Origin: Oopsacas minuta
Lineage: Eukaryota; Animalia; Porifera
Assembly: GCA_024704765.1 (NCBI GenBank)
Contig: JAKMXF010000322.1
Span: 62,001 to 126,000, forward strand
DNA: 64,000 nt
Direction of reading: 5' to 3'
Part shown: in pieces, positions 31,781-44,517 of the stretch
Numbering within the stretch: position 1 is the first letter of the stretch
Layout of the letters: the number at the start of each line of letters is the position of its first letter
Made by a program: the position numbers and the translations under genes
Notes under the pieces: generated by a model
The model's database searches: none
What the model was told of the DNA's origin: nothing
What the model saw: the letters and a program-made list of their open reading frames with translations, nothing else

Positions 31781-33076
31781 ATGGCGACACAATTCCCAGA
31801 AACCATCGGAGTGCCACAAATGCCTGAATCACTTGCAGAGCCATTTATCGATCCCATAGAGGTACAAATACACCAATCCATCAACAAGTTGATATTCCTC
31901 CTCAATCAGAGACGGGTCCATCTCTTAGCCACGTTAAGGGACAGACGCGAAGAGATGAGAGCCGATCTGGTGGCCCGTCAGGAAATCGGGGAGGAACTTG
32001 TTGGAGCGAAGACACTATTAGAAGGCCAAATAAAGCATAACATGCTTCATTCCATGCAGCAGAGACTTGTGGGAGAGATGGAGGCTAAAGTGGCAGAACT
32101 CCACCTCAATGCACCACAAGCTCAAGAACTGAGGTTCTTGTGTAACACACAAGACCTAGAGGAACACATCTCTCGTCTGGGAGAAATTAACCAACACGAG
32201 ATTCCTCCCATCCCTCCTATGCCAGTATTTCTTCCCATTCCTCCCATCCCTCCTACGCCAGTAATACCTAACTACTCTGCATTCCAACAGCCCATTGTTG
32301 CTGTTGGGAAACAAGGATCAGTTCGTGGGGCATTTAACAATCCACGAGGTGTCACAATCGAACCTGAATCTGGACATATTTATGTGGCAGATATGAACAA
32401 CAGTCGTATCCAAATATTCTCCCAGGAAGGACACCATCTTAATATATTCGGAGATAGACACCTGAAGAGTCCATGGGGTATCCTAATCCATGAGGACAAC
32501 ATTTATGTCACAGACTTAGGACAACACAATATCTTCCTAGTCAAGCTGCCAGAACTAACAATGATAAAGCGAGTAGGTAAGAGAGGATCTGGTGGTGAAG
32601 AGTTCAAGTATCCTAGACAACCCGCCATCTCTCCTAATCTACACCTTTATGTACCAGATTGTCTCAACGACAGACTACAAATCCTGACAACTAATCTGGT
32701 ATTTAAAGACTCGCTACGACACAAAACCATGAAACGACCTGTTGATGTTAAGTTCACAAAGAGTGAAATGTTTGTGTTGAGCTGGTGTGACAATCTGTGT
32801 ATACACGTATTTACTCTCTCAGGAGAGAAGTCCCGCTCCTTACTAACCAGAGGAAGAGGAATGCAAGTTGAAGAAGCATACTTCTTCTGTTTGGACGGAT
32901 ACAATAACATTGTCATTAGTGACTACTATGCTGACAAAATCAAAGTATTCTCACCAGAAGGAGAGCTCCTACACACGATAGGACACACCAAGCCCAATGG
33001 CCTTTCAATAATCAATAATTCAAAATTAGTTTGCACTTCTGATTCAGCTAACGGCTTAAAGATACTCTCTGCTTAA
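31781..33076 (+). CDS. Coiled-coil + NHL-repeat protein, paralog A; intronless
   Basis: 431 aa. B-box C-terminal-type coiled coil, Pro-rich linker, NHL repeats (FNNPRGVTI...IYVADMNNSRIQIF, LKSPWGI). Confidence 0.85.
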   Translation: MATQFPETIGVPQMPESLAEPFIDPIEVQIHQSINKLIFLLNQRRVHLLATLRDRREEMRADLVARQEIGEELVGAKTLLEGQIKHNMLHSMQQRLVGEMEAKVAELHLNAPQAQELRFLCNTQDLEEHISRLGEINQHEIPPIPPMPVFLPIPPIPPTPVIPNYSAFQQPIVAVGKQGSVRGAFNNPRGVTIEPESGHIYVADMNNSRIQIFSQEGHHLNIFGDRHLKSPWGILIHEDNIYVTDLGQHNIFLVKLPELTMIKRVGKRGSGGEEFKYPRQPAISPNLHLYVPDCLNDRLQILTTNLVFKDSLRHKTMKRPVDVKFTKSEMFVLSWCDNLCIHVFTLSGEKSRSLLTRGRGMQVEEAYFFCLDGYNNIVISDYYADKIKVFSPEGELLHTIGHTKPNGLSIINNSKLVCTSDSANGLKILSA

Positions 33077-33135
33077 CTTGTTGTGTGAATTTATTAATAA
33101 TAAACATTAGCTGGTGGAAGCTAATCTCTAGGACA

Positions 33136-33176
33136 TTTTGAAGTATTCACCAAAGGTGTGAAAATATGATTAATCA
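33136..33176. repeat. Copy of the dispersed ~44-bp element
   Basis: TTTTGAAGTATTCACCAAAGGTGTGAAAATATGATTAATCA; close reverse complement of 57652-57696. Confidence 0.8.
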
Positions 33177-33356
33177 AGCAAGGGAATCAAGTGGCTAGAG
33201 GTATATTTGTTTAATAATATAATACAAAAGGTACAGAGTAATTAGAATGCATAGAAGTTAATTAATGGAAATTTCTAAAAATCCCTAAACACGAGATCCG
33301 AGTACAAACGTCATCAAGAGACGAGTTGTTGTTTGTTTGTTTGTTTGTTTGTTTGT

Positions 33357-36300
33357 TTACACTCTGATGTGTGTCTTTCCGCTGTCTGTTAGTGAAGTTC
33401 CTGATGAAGACTTTTCTTCGCCCTAAACACGTAAACAACAACAAATAAATAAATAATTGAATATTTGCAAACAAATTCACAACAAGCAACCAATCAATGC
33501 AAATATTATAAAACACTATTTGATTGGCTAAGAGACAGCATTAGTAACTTACTAAAGTGCTAGTTCGTATAATCCTATTAATTCGTTCATGGATCTCTTG
33601 GAATACTGGTCTCTGGTCTGGGTGTGCCATCCAGGTGTCCAACATCACTAGGTACAACTCGTGGGGACATTGCTGCGGTTTTTCCATTCTGTATCCAGTT
33701 GATAAAATTGTGTATAGTTCATTGGGTTTGACACCTGGATAGGGTGTTGCTCCTATTGTCACTATCTCCCACAGTAGCACTCCATATGACCATCTATTTG
33801 GAAGATTGTTAACAGATTAAGGCAGAGTTATGTCATCCATGGTGCATATTAATAGAAATAAAGAATTACCCGAATACGGTGGAACTTTATGATATTAACT
33901 CAATCGGGATTACATTATACAACAACGGCGAATTCCCGAAAACCCTTCCACCATTTTTTCACTACAAAAATACACAAATTCCCCAACAGTAATCGGTTAA
34001 ACTGAAACTATAAACTGAAACTATGACTTGGAACTCCTTATTGTTGTATAATATAGAACGCAACATCACTAAAGTTGCATTCCAAAAAATAGTGTCCCGA
34101 TTAGATGATATCGTGTGACACAACTTACACATCACTCTTATTGGAGTAAACCTTCTCAAAATAGCATTCTGGCGCACACCACTTAATCATGACATCATCA
34201 ACTGTATCCTCTTTTCTAATTGGAGTATTTGTAGGTGTATTCCGTCTGTATTGCCCATAGTTACCTATCTTAATGAGCTTATCCTCTCCCACCATTATAT
34301 TCTTAGCGCATAGTTTTGTGTGTAACACCTATTAGACGAATAATTAAGAGTTGCAATGTTGGTACAAAATCTTGTAATTTGAATAGTAGAAGATTGTAAC
34401 AAATAAACAAACAAATAAACAAATAAACAACTTACATGTTTAGAATTCAAGAATTTCATTCCATTAGCTATTTGTATTGCAAATGAAAGTAGATCAGCTG
34501 GTGTTAGACTTGGCGCTGCATTGAAATATGGCACACGGGATGGTGACACTATATTATTCGTCACGTGGTGACCTCTTGACGCCCGTAAATAGCTCAATAA
34601 ATCTCCAAACGGTAAATATTCTGTTATGACATAAAGTGGCTCTATAAGGAAATCAACCAATGAGATTATTAGTAACATAAACAGGTGTAATTCTCTTATC
34701 AAATAATATACAGAAACACGTTATCTGATTGGATGAACTGTGTATGAAATACAGCTGTTTGGATATTATTGGTGGTTTACATTCTCAATTGAGAATTTGA
34801 TAGGACTTTCAAGACGAGTTAAAATTGTTAAAACTGTGTAAATATTCGATTACAATGACAATCAAGATTAATTCGAAGCCATTGGCTTTATATTTATGCC
34901 ACAAAAGTGGCTGGGTAATTTGGCATATGGCAGATCAGTTATTTTCTAATCAAATTTGAACTTCTTTTCACACAAACTATGACATTTGATTGAATGATTC
35001 GATTGCGGAATTTTCACCAGACACTCCATCTTCTTGTAACTGTTGCCGATTTTCCTGCTTAATAACCCATAAATACTGAGATTGTAATTTTCCTATTTCT
35101 AATTTATCGGTTAATAATAAGAATTTTCCCTCGTTTTATGAGGGAAATATAGTCAGACATTTCCCATATTTTCCCAGGCTTTAGTCAATTTCTAAAGCTA
35201 AACTTCAAGCATCTGGGAATGATGTTATACTTTTGACTTGTAGGTCGATTCCTTTGTAATCAATATATTGGTGTTTGGAAGTTAGATTTTACCTGTAGTA
35301 CATGCTCCGAGGAATCCTGTGATGTTTGGATGGCAACCAATTACTGCCATCATTTCCATCTCACTGATCAGAGTTTTGAGATCTGAATTATCCACTTTAT
35401 CTAAAGAATAATTGACGAATCAAATTCAAGCTATGCAGCAGCACTTAGCCATCAATTCCCTGCAAGTTAATTGGTCGATGTTATCAGATATTCCAACCAA
35501 TTAAAATGATCCATCCCTGTAATCTAATTGGTCGTTATCAGAAGATATTTCAACCAATTAAATTGCAACCTCCCCTGCAATTTAATTACTCGATATTATC
35601 ACTGATTCCACCAATCATTTTATAATATTTCCTACACAAAATGCTTCCGCCAACATTTCTTATAATTTACAATTCTGTCCGATCTCATATGTCTTATCAA
35701 TCAACTGACTAGCCAGAATCTGTTATGATTGAACTTAAGTCCACTAAACTGTGTCTACAAATGTGTATGTATTCATTTCAATGCTGTTTTTCCTTTGAAT
35801 ATTTTGTCATTCAAAGCTGATGACTAGCCAATTCTACCTCCGTATATGACTCCGTATATGACTCCGTATATGACTCCGTATATGACTCCGTATATGACTC
35901 CGTATATGACTCCGTATATGACTCCGTATATGACTCCGTATATGACTCCGTATATGACTCCGTATATGACTCCGTATATGACTCCGTATATGACTCCGTA
36001 TATGACTCCGTATATGACTCCGTATATGACTCCGTATATGACTCCGTATATGACTCCGTATATGACTCCGTATATGACTCCGTATATGACTCCGTATATG
36101 ACTCCGTATATGACTCCGTATATGACTCCGTATATGACTCCGTATATGACTCCGTATATGACTCCGTATATGACTCCGTATATGACTCCGTATATGACTC
36201 CGTATATGACTCCGTATATGACTCCGTATATGACTCCGTATATGACTCCGTATATGACTCCGTATATGACTCCGTATATGACTCCGTATATGACTCCGTA

Positions 36301-39300
36301 TATGACTCCGTATATGACTCCGTATATGACTCCGTATATGACTCCGTATATGACTCCGTATATGACTCCGTATATGACTCCGTATATGACTCCGTATATG
36401 ACTCCGTATATGACTCCGTATATGACTCCGTATATGACTCCGTATATGACTCTGACTCTGTATTTGACACGTTTGTGCTATCAAATTTTATTGATTTTTG
36501 ATGCACAAAAATTGTGTTTACATAAATAAAATATTTTGTTTTGCGTATTCAACATATTTACATAAATATACAATTGAAATATTCGGCGCCTAAAATTCAG
36601 CATTGTATGCATAAATACAAATTTACCCGCACAATTATACCATATTACGCGCCCAAATTTATAATTATATTACCTTTAAGTAGTTTAACTTTGGCAAACG
36701 CGCCATGTTCCAATTTTCCAGGAATGCTCTCAATAGTTGCCCTGTAGCTGATTGTAGTATTGGTCTCCTCCACTATATCTTGAAGCTCTACTCCTTCCCT
36801 TGACACTTCATAGCTGGGTGGCAGATTGGTAACTATGTAGCCATTTGGTTCATCGATGTATTTCTTCACGTTCCCTTTCTGGAATATTGTTGTTATTAAG
36901 TTTGTTTGTGTTTTAGTTACTCTGTTTGTTTGTTTGTTAGTTAGTTTATTTGTCTGTTAGTTAGATTGGTAGAATTGTAAATATTTTGCATATACGTAAC
37001 AATAGAATAAATCTGAATTACTTCATTTGTAAGCGACAACTTAATATCGCAAATAACACAAACTTGTTATTTCAAAATATTGCATTTCCATATGTTTAAC
37101 ACAATATTCAATAATCCAATTATACTCTTATCAACCAATCAAATTTGATCTTCACCCACGAGTAAAAATGATTTTCAATTCTCATAAATTAGCAATTCAT
37201 TCTTACAAAAGATATGCGAGATGGTGGCGATGTTTCAGTTGTAATCATTAGAAATTTGGTCTAAGAGACATGTCCTTGGACGTTTTTCACGTTTTGACTC
37301 TATTTCGCAGGTATTTAGTGGTTAGTTCCGTTATAATTGTATGTAAGACAACCAATCACATTATCAAGTTAACATAACAGTTTGAGTAGCCAATCAATTT
37401 ACAGGTTTATATGGCTATTTGTGAATTAAATCATTGACCAATCAAGTGCGAGGTTGCAAATTGGATTTGTGATAAGCTAACCAATCAATTTGCAGAGTTG
37501 AATAGGAAACAACCAATCAATTAATAGTATATTAACACATTTCCCTCGTAATTAATTGGCCAATTAACACCCACTAAAGTGGCACAATTACTCACCTCTG
37601 CCACATTCAAATCGTCCAATTTTTCTGACCCTTTAAAGGCATTTGCTCTGGTCCTCTTTATGTAACATCTATAACATATCAGATAGCACAGAATACTTGT
37701 TGAGCAAACCACCAGGAAAATGGCGCCTAAAACTCCCGCAATAATTGGCGCCCAATCCAAAAGATTTATAGTTCGGGTTCTATCCAATTGTAGGAGAATT
37801 GGTTCCGAATTGATTCCTCTACCGAATTGATTTGAAGCTGAGATCTGGATAATATGTAGGAATCCTATTTGGTAAAGATTTGTTAATTATACACTAATAT
37901 TATTAGAAACATAATCCCTCTTATGTGACACAATCTGCCATTTTATTACAATAGTGCAATTGTTGTTTATTGTTTTCACACCTTGTAACTCTACATACTG
38001 ATTTTTCCAAACTAGTCTTATATAATCCACCCAGGTATGGCAATAGTGGCATCCCCACCATCACTTACCAACTTGATTACGCCCGAAAATATCCAGAAAC
38101 ATTGCAAATAACGAAAATCTCCGGGAATTCTATTTCCCGCTGAATATAAAGTTAACTCCAAGTGGTTTGCAAGTATAATGTGGCACAAATGCCACTTGAA
38201 TCATTCCTTCAAGTGGCCCTGTAACAATTATTCTAACATTTACCTGAATTCAGATAAGAAAGTTCAGTTTGATTATAAAAGGTCAAATCAGCTGATAAGT
38301 CCTTCTCAATTGTCTGTACTTTCGTATTTTCTTCGCTAACAACGGTTATATTCAAATGGTATGTTGTTATTCTAAAAATAGAATTAACATAAATGTAGAC
38401 TACACATTTATTGATACTCTTAAACGCCCAATCAAATTGCTAAGTTCATGAATTAATAATATTTTCACAGTTTTTGGGTCAAAATAATTAAGGAGATGAT
38501 AAGAATGAAACTGATGGGTAAGCTATATCCAATTCCGACACAATTTACTTAACACCTTGAGTTGGGGCTATGAGGCGTCTCACTTTTAAAAGTACATATC
38601 TGGATGAGGACACAAATTCCATAGCATACCAATTGCAATACTAAGAATTGATTGTTTATCTACAGAGAGTAAACAAGTTTACTTACGGTTTTGGTGATTT
38701 GGGTTCAGTCCAATTGACAGATATCCATGTGTCGCCGAAGGTGTGAAGTGGCACGGCCATCTGCTGTGGGACTTTATCGGATAAATCCTCAAATACAATT
38801 ATTTCTCTAATCGCCTCGTCAACTGTCAAACCATTCAAACCACTTTTCAAACGACACACATAGACACCTGAATTATCTCTGGTCAAATTCTGGAATTCCA
38901 ATGACAGGTTCCCGTTGCTAAGAGACACCGTTGATCCTGGAATGTTGACTATGAGATCTCCGTTATCTTCTTGTTTATACCAGGAACCAATCACATTTGA
39001 TTGTTCCGTTATACAAGATAAAGTCAGCTGTTCTCCATAACTGAAAAAATCCTTGTTTGGAAATGTTTGTATCTCTGAAATGCCATAATTAACTGGAACT
39101 AAAGAAAACATAGTTCATATTGTTGTTTTTATGATTTATACATATGCAAACAAACCTGTAAACTCTAGCTCAAAATCAAATTCTTTTGTACCAAATTGGT
39201 TACTAGCTAACACTCTATAAAACCCGCTCAAAGTTGGAATTGGCGCTTTAATTTCTAATTCCCCGCCTACCCAGCTGAAGACGTTCCCATTGGCTGGTCC

Positions 39301-40163
39301 TTTTTCTACGAATTCTTGACCATTAGGTGTTAGTTCCAGTAATTCAAAGTTTGGTTCCGGAGTACCAGTGAAGGAGAATGGAATGCGGTATTGATTGCCT
39401 GCTGTAAATGTATTCCTTATATCAGCTGTAATTAGATTCGATGAAATTGTAGGAGGCACTATAAACAACAAACAAACAAGTAAACAAACAAGTAAACAAC
39501 ACAGACAGACAACAAACCTGCTATTGTGATAGTTGCAATATCAGATGTAAAGTGTAAAGTGGCATTAATCACTGCTCGACACACATATTCTCCAGCGTGA
39601 AAAGGTGTGATATTCTTTAATTGCAAACTACCATTTTCGTAACTAATCAGCTGTGAAAATCTCTCTGATTCTATTGTTGGGATAACTGTCAGATTGTGTT
39701 CAAATATTATGAGGGCAGATGTGTCCAAAGAGCGACAATTTAGCGACACATTTGAGCCAAGCTCCACAAACTGGCTTTGTGGATGGATTAAAAATGTGGC
39801 GCGCGACACTATAAGATAGAAATATGATTATTTGATTACTTGTTAAGAATATACAGCAAACAATAGTAAAGAGTAAACAACAAAATATTTGTAAACAAAT
39901 TCAAGACAACAAGCCTATGAAGTAACCATAAATACATATTTTTAGCACCATTTACAAATGTAACAACAACAACAACAATAATATTTGGAAACAAATGTCC
40001 AAAAGCGCTTGCATAACTTTTAGTAAAATAATTTGCCTTAACAAACAACAACAAAAACAGGCGTAACAGCTACAAAAGTAAACAAACAAACAAGTAAACA
40101 AATAAATACACAAACAAACAAACCTCCAATTAATATGCATAAAACCGTCCAAACTGGAACCAT
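33357..40163 (-). CDS. FGFR-like receptor tyrosine pseudokinase: signal peptide, 3 Ig domains, FN3, TM, degenerate kinase; 11 coding exons
   Basis: Phase-compatible exons: 40124-40163 (MVPVWTVLCILIG), 39518-39808, 39156-39458, 38687-39098, 38244-38371, 37596-37864 (ASNQFGRG..SEP + TM), 36674-36878, 35293-35400 (LISEMEMMAVIGCHPNITGFLGACT), 34436-34641, 34129-34328, 33553-33793, plus terminal 33357-33422. That is 12 segments counting the terminal one. Several are absent from the ORF track. Confidence 0.85.
35838..36449. repeat. Homogeneous 12-bp minisatellite (CTCCGTATATGA)x51 in a receptor intron
   Basis: Direct reading; 204 aa of (SYTE)n in the ORF track = 51 units; lies in intron 35401-36673. 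Confidence 0.95.
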
Positions 40164-40806
40164 AACTAATTAATGAATTATCTTTGAATAATCTATTGCA
40201 ACTCACTGAATTTATACGTGAATTTCCAATGCATATAATCAGCCAGCTATTTTCAATTGTATCTCAAGCAAGTGTGAATAATAAACACTATATACATATT
40301 GATGCTAATTAAGTTATGTATTGTGTAGCAGTGAAAGGTGTCATATGGCCTCATTGTGTCGACTTGGTGGCAGTATGGCTGGGAAGAACTTGATAGGGTT
40401 CGAAAACAATTGAATCTATAACTTTAGACAATTGGAGTTTCTAGGATTTCTAGTCGAGATTATTCTATATAGGGGTCGAAAAAGTGTCCAAATTTGACCT
40501 CAAGAGACTGTAAAATGTGTCCAATGTGTTCTGCAGCCCAAGAGGACACTATATTCTCTTTAATTGGATCAATGGGATTGCAAATTTGCACCCAGGGGGT
40601 GGTAATATGAACACAAATTGGATACAGTTATATTTTGATTTATAACCTGAATTGGAATTATTATGTATAACTATATGACCCGTCTAGACTAATTATAATC
40701 TTAGTTCCAATTGGAACCAAATATATATTACTTACAATATCATAATATAATCGCACTATGTGTATTTTGTTTTGTTTGTTGATTGCAACTTGTTTACTAT
40801 AATATT

Positions 40807-41060
40807 ATCAATATCCATAGTCCAGTATATTTATCAATATCCATAGTCCAGTATATCTATCATATCCTTAGTCCAGTATATTTATCAATATCCATAGTCC
40901 AGTATATTTATCAATATCCATAGTCCAGTATATCTATCATATCCTTAGTCCAGTATATTTATCAATATCCATAGTCCAGTATATTTATCAATATCCTTAG
41001 TCCAGTATATTTATCATATCCATAGTCCAGTATATTTATCAATATCCATAGTCCAGTATA
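40807..41060. repeat. 25/26-bp minisatellite x10 with a three-unit higher-order pattern
   Basis: Unit ATCAATATCCATAGTCCAGTATATTT; 1-bp-shorter variants at units 3, 6 and 9. Confidence 0.9.
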
Positions 41061-41463
41061 CATACGCGTTAATTGAGTTCTTAATTCATTAAATTAGTTT
41101 GGTATAATCCATGGTTATTTTGGTGAAAATAATAGTGTCATATTAGCCAATCAGATTGTAGAGTATAATCCTATGTTAATAGGAAGTATGGAGATGTAAA
41201 ACTGGAATCTATTGGTCTAAATTTTTATTTAAACAACAAACAACTGCAAAAACAAACAAACAAACAACATACGTATTTATTATCAGTCTATGTTAACGAT
41301 TCATTGGATTTTTGTTGCAAATTTTCCAGTTCATAATCATGCTTAAAAGTATTAGTGTAAATGAATCATATATCTCAGCTGTCTCTGATGCTTAGTAACG
41401 TTAAAACGCGTCTGGAATGCAAGTATACAAGTGTTGTATAATGATAGAACATGAAATATATGA

Positions 41464-41567
41464 CACCATCCTCTGGAAACAGGTTCTCATATATTCCTGT
41501 ATATTTATACCGGTTATAAGAGGATGTATTGCTACTCCTAGGGTGTTCTTATAACCAGTATACACTA
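41464..41567. mobile_element. MITE family A, partial copy
   Basis: Right end GGGTGTTCTTATAACCAGTATACACTA|TA and internal CACCATCCTCTGGA shared with 6297-6406. Confidence 0.7.
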
Positions 41568-42124
41568 TAAATGAGTTGCCACATTCCATTTAAGTTAAGT
41601 GGATAATTTTCTTGTGCCCGCTATGAATCAGCTGTAGATAAATGCTCCCATGGGAGTACCACATACCTGTGAATATCGTGTTACCATAGCCAACCCTCTC
41701 ATGATATTATTAAACTAATTAACTCAAACTGAAACCAGTTGGTTTGCTAATTGACCAAAGAGTAGTAGAACCCATCTCTCCAAACAGTCTCATATTTCCT
41801 ATTAGGTTAAATTCAAATATGTTACCTGATACTTATTAGCCAATCATTTCTACGGGTTAGCTGGTACCTTATCAGGTGTAACCGCGATAGCCAATCGGAT
41901 TGCAGGGTTGCATGAGATAAGCACATGTTATTCTCTATCAATTATTGTGGTGTTACGCATATAAATTATCTAATCATTATCTGGGGCAGAAGTTGATGGA
42001 GCATTAAGTCATTTTAGTTCCACATTATATCACTTATAGTTCCATATCATGCTGCAAATTCTAATTATATTTTGTAAACTGTAATGTAATTTGTTCATAG
42101 ATCGCAGCGCACCTAAAAACAAAT

Positions 42125-42215
42125 ATGGCGCCTAAGTGAAATGTTTCGCGCCTAAATTATTATTATGGCGCCTAAGTGAAAAGTTATCGCGCCTAAATGT
42201 TAATATTGGCGCCAA
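42125..42215. repeat. 40-bp tandem repeat (~2.3 units) with five GCGCC cores including TTTCGCGC
   Basis: ATGGCGCCTAAGTGAAA at 42125 and 42165. Confidence 0.75.
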
Positions 42216-42336
42216 TACTGAAAGTGTCAATAATTAAATTAGAGAAATAGTAAAATTGAAATTGAATAATTTATTCCAACAAATAACAATAAAAACATAA
42301 ACAACATTCAACCAATCAAATAGCCGTGTTTCAATA

Positions 42337-43503
42337 TTATAAAGATGTACCAGAATTGCTGCCCAATTGTTCGCCACAATTATTGTTACAAACTAAAGAT
42401 GTGTTGCTAATTGGGCTATTTTGTAACGGCGAATTGTAACCCATGGGTGACATACGTATGATTGGGTGTCTGGATTCGTTTTGAAGTGGCACGCGACAAT
42501 TCATTTCATGAATGGACAGAGGTGTGATTCCCTTGAGCCGTCGATCTTTTTGTCTCCTGTTACAGAACCAAACGCGCACGACTTCTTTTTCTAAATTTAG
42601 TTGCATAGAAATATCTGAGATCTCCAGAGCAGATGGTTTAGGTTGGTATCTGTATTGTCTCTCTAGATGCCCACGACACCGTGAGGACAGAGAGGTTCTT
42701 TTCTTTCTACGCTTTATTTCGTGTTTTTCACTTGCTAAGTTGTTGTTCTTCCTAGAATCGACTTCATTAAGCCAATGCAAGAGGATCGGACGTAGTTTAC
42801 ACATATTTCGGAAGGACAACTGCATTGCCTCGAATCGACAGATTGTCGTTTGACTGAAGGCATTCCCGTATAATTTTCCGAGTTCGTTACCAACATCAGC
42901 TTGAGTGAATCCAAAACTGATCCTCTTCTGTTTGAATTCTTTTGCAAAACCTTCCATTTCCGGTTGGGTCGGCTCCTTAAGATCGTTTGGTACATCGATG
43001 GCTTGTGCTTTATGGGTCTTTTTGGGACGCTTTACCGATTTGGACAACACATCGACCTGGCGATGAGGGAAGGAAAAATCGTTCATTGCTTTAACAGAGC
43101 TCTGAGTCTGATATGAATCGTTCCGATTTTGGAAGATGTTAAAATGTGTCGGTTGTGGAATACCACTTGGAAGGCCATATCCTTGCCATGGTTGCAAAAA
43201 GTGGCTCTTATAAGGTGTGGCTGCTTGGTACATAATCGACCCATTGGGCGCATCATATGGGAACACTTTTTGAGCAGGATTTATTGCAATGAATCCTTGT
43301 TGAGATTGAATTGGACTTTGATGGGATTGTTGAGTTCGTAAAAAGGTGTGATTGTCCACTTCTGTGGTGTTAATTGCGCCATTTAAGGTTTGTATCCAGG
43401 GAGCAGATTGTGTCGAGGTGGTTGTTAGGTTGTATGGGTTTGGTGACATAGCCATATTGGGCTGATATGTGTACTGAGGAGTGGCTGATCTCATTAAACA
43501 CAA
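42337..43503 (-). CDS. POU3-like: POU-domain transcription factor, closest to class III (Brn/Oct6-like) by eye; intronless
   Basis: POU-specific domain [54 protein letters not shown]; POU homeodomain RKKRTS...PKPSA.EI...[18 protein letters not shown]. Confidence 0.9.
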   Translation of the reverse strand: MCLMRSATPQYTYQPNMAMSPNPYNLTTTSTQSAPWIQTLNGAINTTEVDNHTFLRTQQSHQSPIQSQQGFIAINPAQKVFPYDAPNGSIMYQAATPYKSHFLQPWQGYGLPSGIPQPTHFNIFQNRNDSYQTQSSVKAMNDFSFPHRQVDVLSKSVKRPKKTHKAQAIDVPNDLKEPTQPEMEGFAKEFKQKRISFGFTQADVGNELGKLYGNAFSQTTICRFEAMQLSFRNMCKLRPILLHWLNEVDSRKNNNLASEKHEIKRRKKRTSLSSRCRGHLERQYRYQPKPSALEISDISMQLNLEKEVVRVWFCNRRQKDRRLKGITPLSIHEMNCRVPLQNESRHPIIRMSPMGYNSPLQNSPISNTSLVCNNNCGEQLGSNSGTSL

Positions 43504-44449
43504 CTGTTAATGTATAATTGTTATATTCACTAATTTATGATTTATTTTCACTCATTGGTCCTTTTATAGTTCGCCAATTTATAGTTTCAGTATTGGGCCG
43601 ATTGAGTGGCCAATTTGTGCACCTGGGTACTAAATTCCTGAGCGTTGCTAGGGAAAATAAGAGGAATGTGGCCTGTGGAGTTTGTGTGAAAATTTGCAAG
43701 TTTTTGTAAAATATATTTTGAATTGAATTTCTCGTTTAAGTGTACATGTGAGAAATGTTGTTAGTATATCTATACGATTCCTCTTGTTTATTTGTTTGTT
43801 TGTTTGTTTGTTTGTTGTTTGTTCGTTTGTCTAATTTGATGTTTATTTGTTTTTTCAACATATTCCCGATTTTATTTGTGTATTTTTGTTTGTGTTTACT
43901 TTTGTCCAACTCTTAGAATTTTATGCAAAAAACAATTAATTAACAAGAATTATCCCATAATAGTATTCAACGAATAAAATCAACCAATCAGGAACTTTAA
44001 AATGTAAACAAACACCAAATATGTAAACAATAATTATGAATATACAAAATTAGCTAAGAACACTTCCTAACGAATATATAATTGTGCCATTTCAAACACT
44101 AATGCCAGCAATCGCGACATATTCTGCCACTATTCAAGCGCCTATTCCTTTGTACAATGGTTTCGTATTTTATGTTTGGAATAAGTCTGATAGATTGTCG
44201 CCTGACTAATTGAATTATCTAATTTATGAGAATATATGGACACTTTTATCAAAAGAACTTTTCTTCAAAAACTTTTGAAGTCTTCGAAGGACAATTTTGT
44301 TATCTCAAAAGGTGATTAATATATAATATACAGATAATAACAACAACAAGATTTGTTTGTTATGTCCTGTAATTTGTTGTCTTTTCATCTTTTAAGTGAC
44401 AGAGAATTGTTTGTCAATTAAAGTTCCTAAAATAGAATTTTATTCACTA

Positions 44450-44517
44450 TTTTACCCAATCAGATTTTGGCGTTTTTACCCAATCAGTTTTTGGCGTTTT
44501 TACCCAATCAGATTTTA
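44450..44517. promoter_or_regulatory. 3 x 24-bp tandem repeat, each unit with a CCAAT box; TTTTGGCG in the first two
   Basis: TTTTACCCAATCAG(A/T)TTTTGGCGT, period 24, ~950 bp upstream of the POU ATG. Regulatory role is inferred. Confidence 0.5.

Noticed and set aside
35838-36449. Possible CRISPR array or telomeric repeat
   Set aside because: No spacers, no cas genes, eukaryotic context; the unit lacks a telomeric G-run and is interstitial.
35811-36529. ORFs (SYTE)n, (SHIR)n and (MTPY)n of 216-231 aa
   Set aside because: Translations of the 12-bp minisatellite. The flanking kinase exons (36674 and 35400) join in phase without it.
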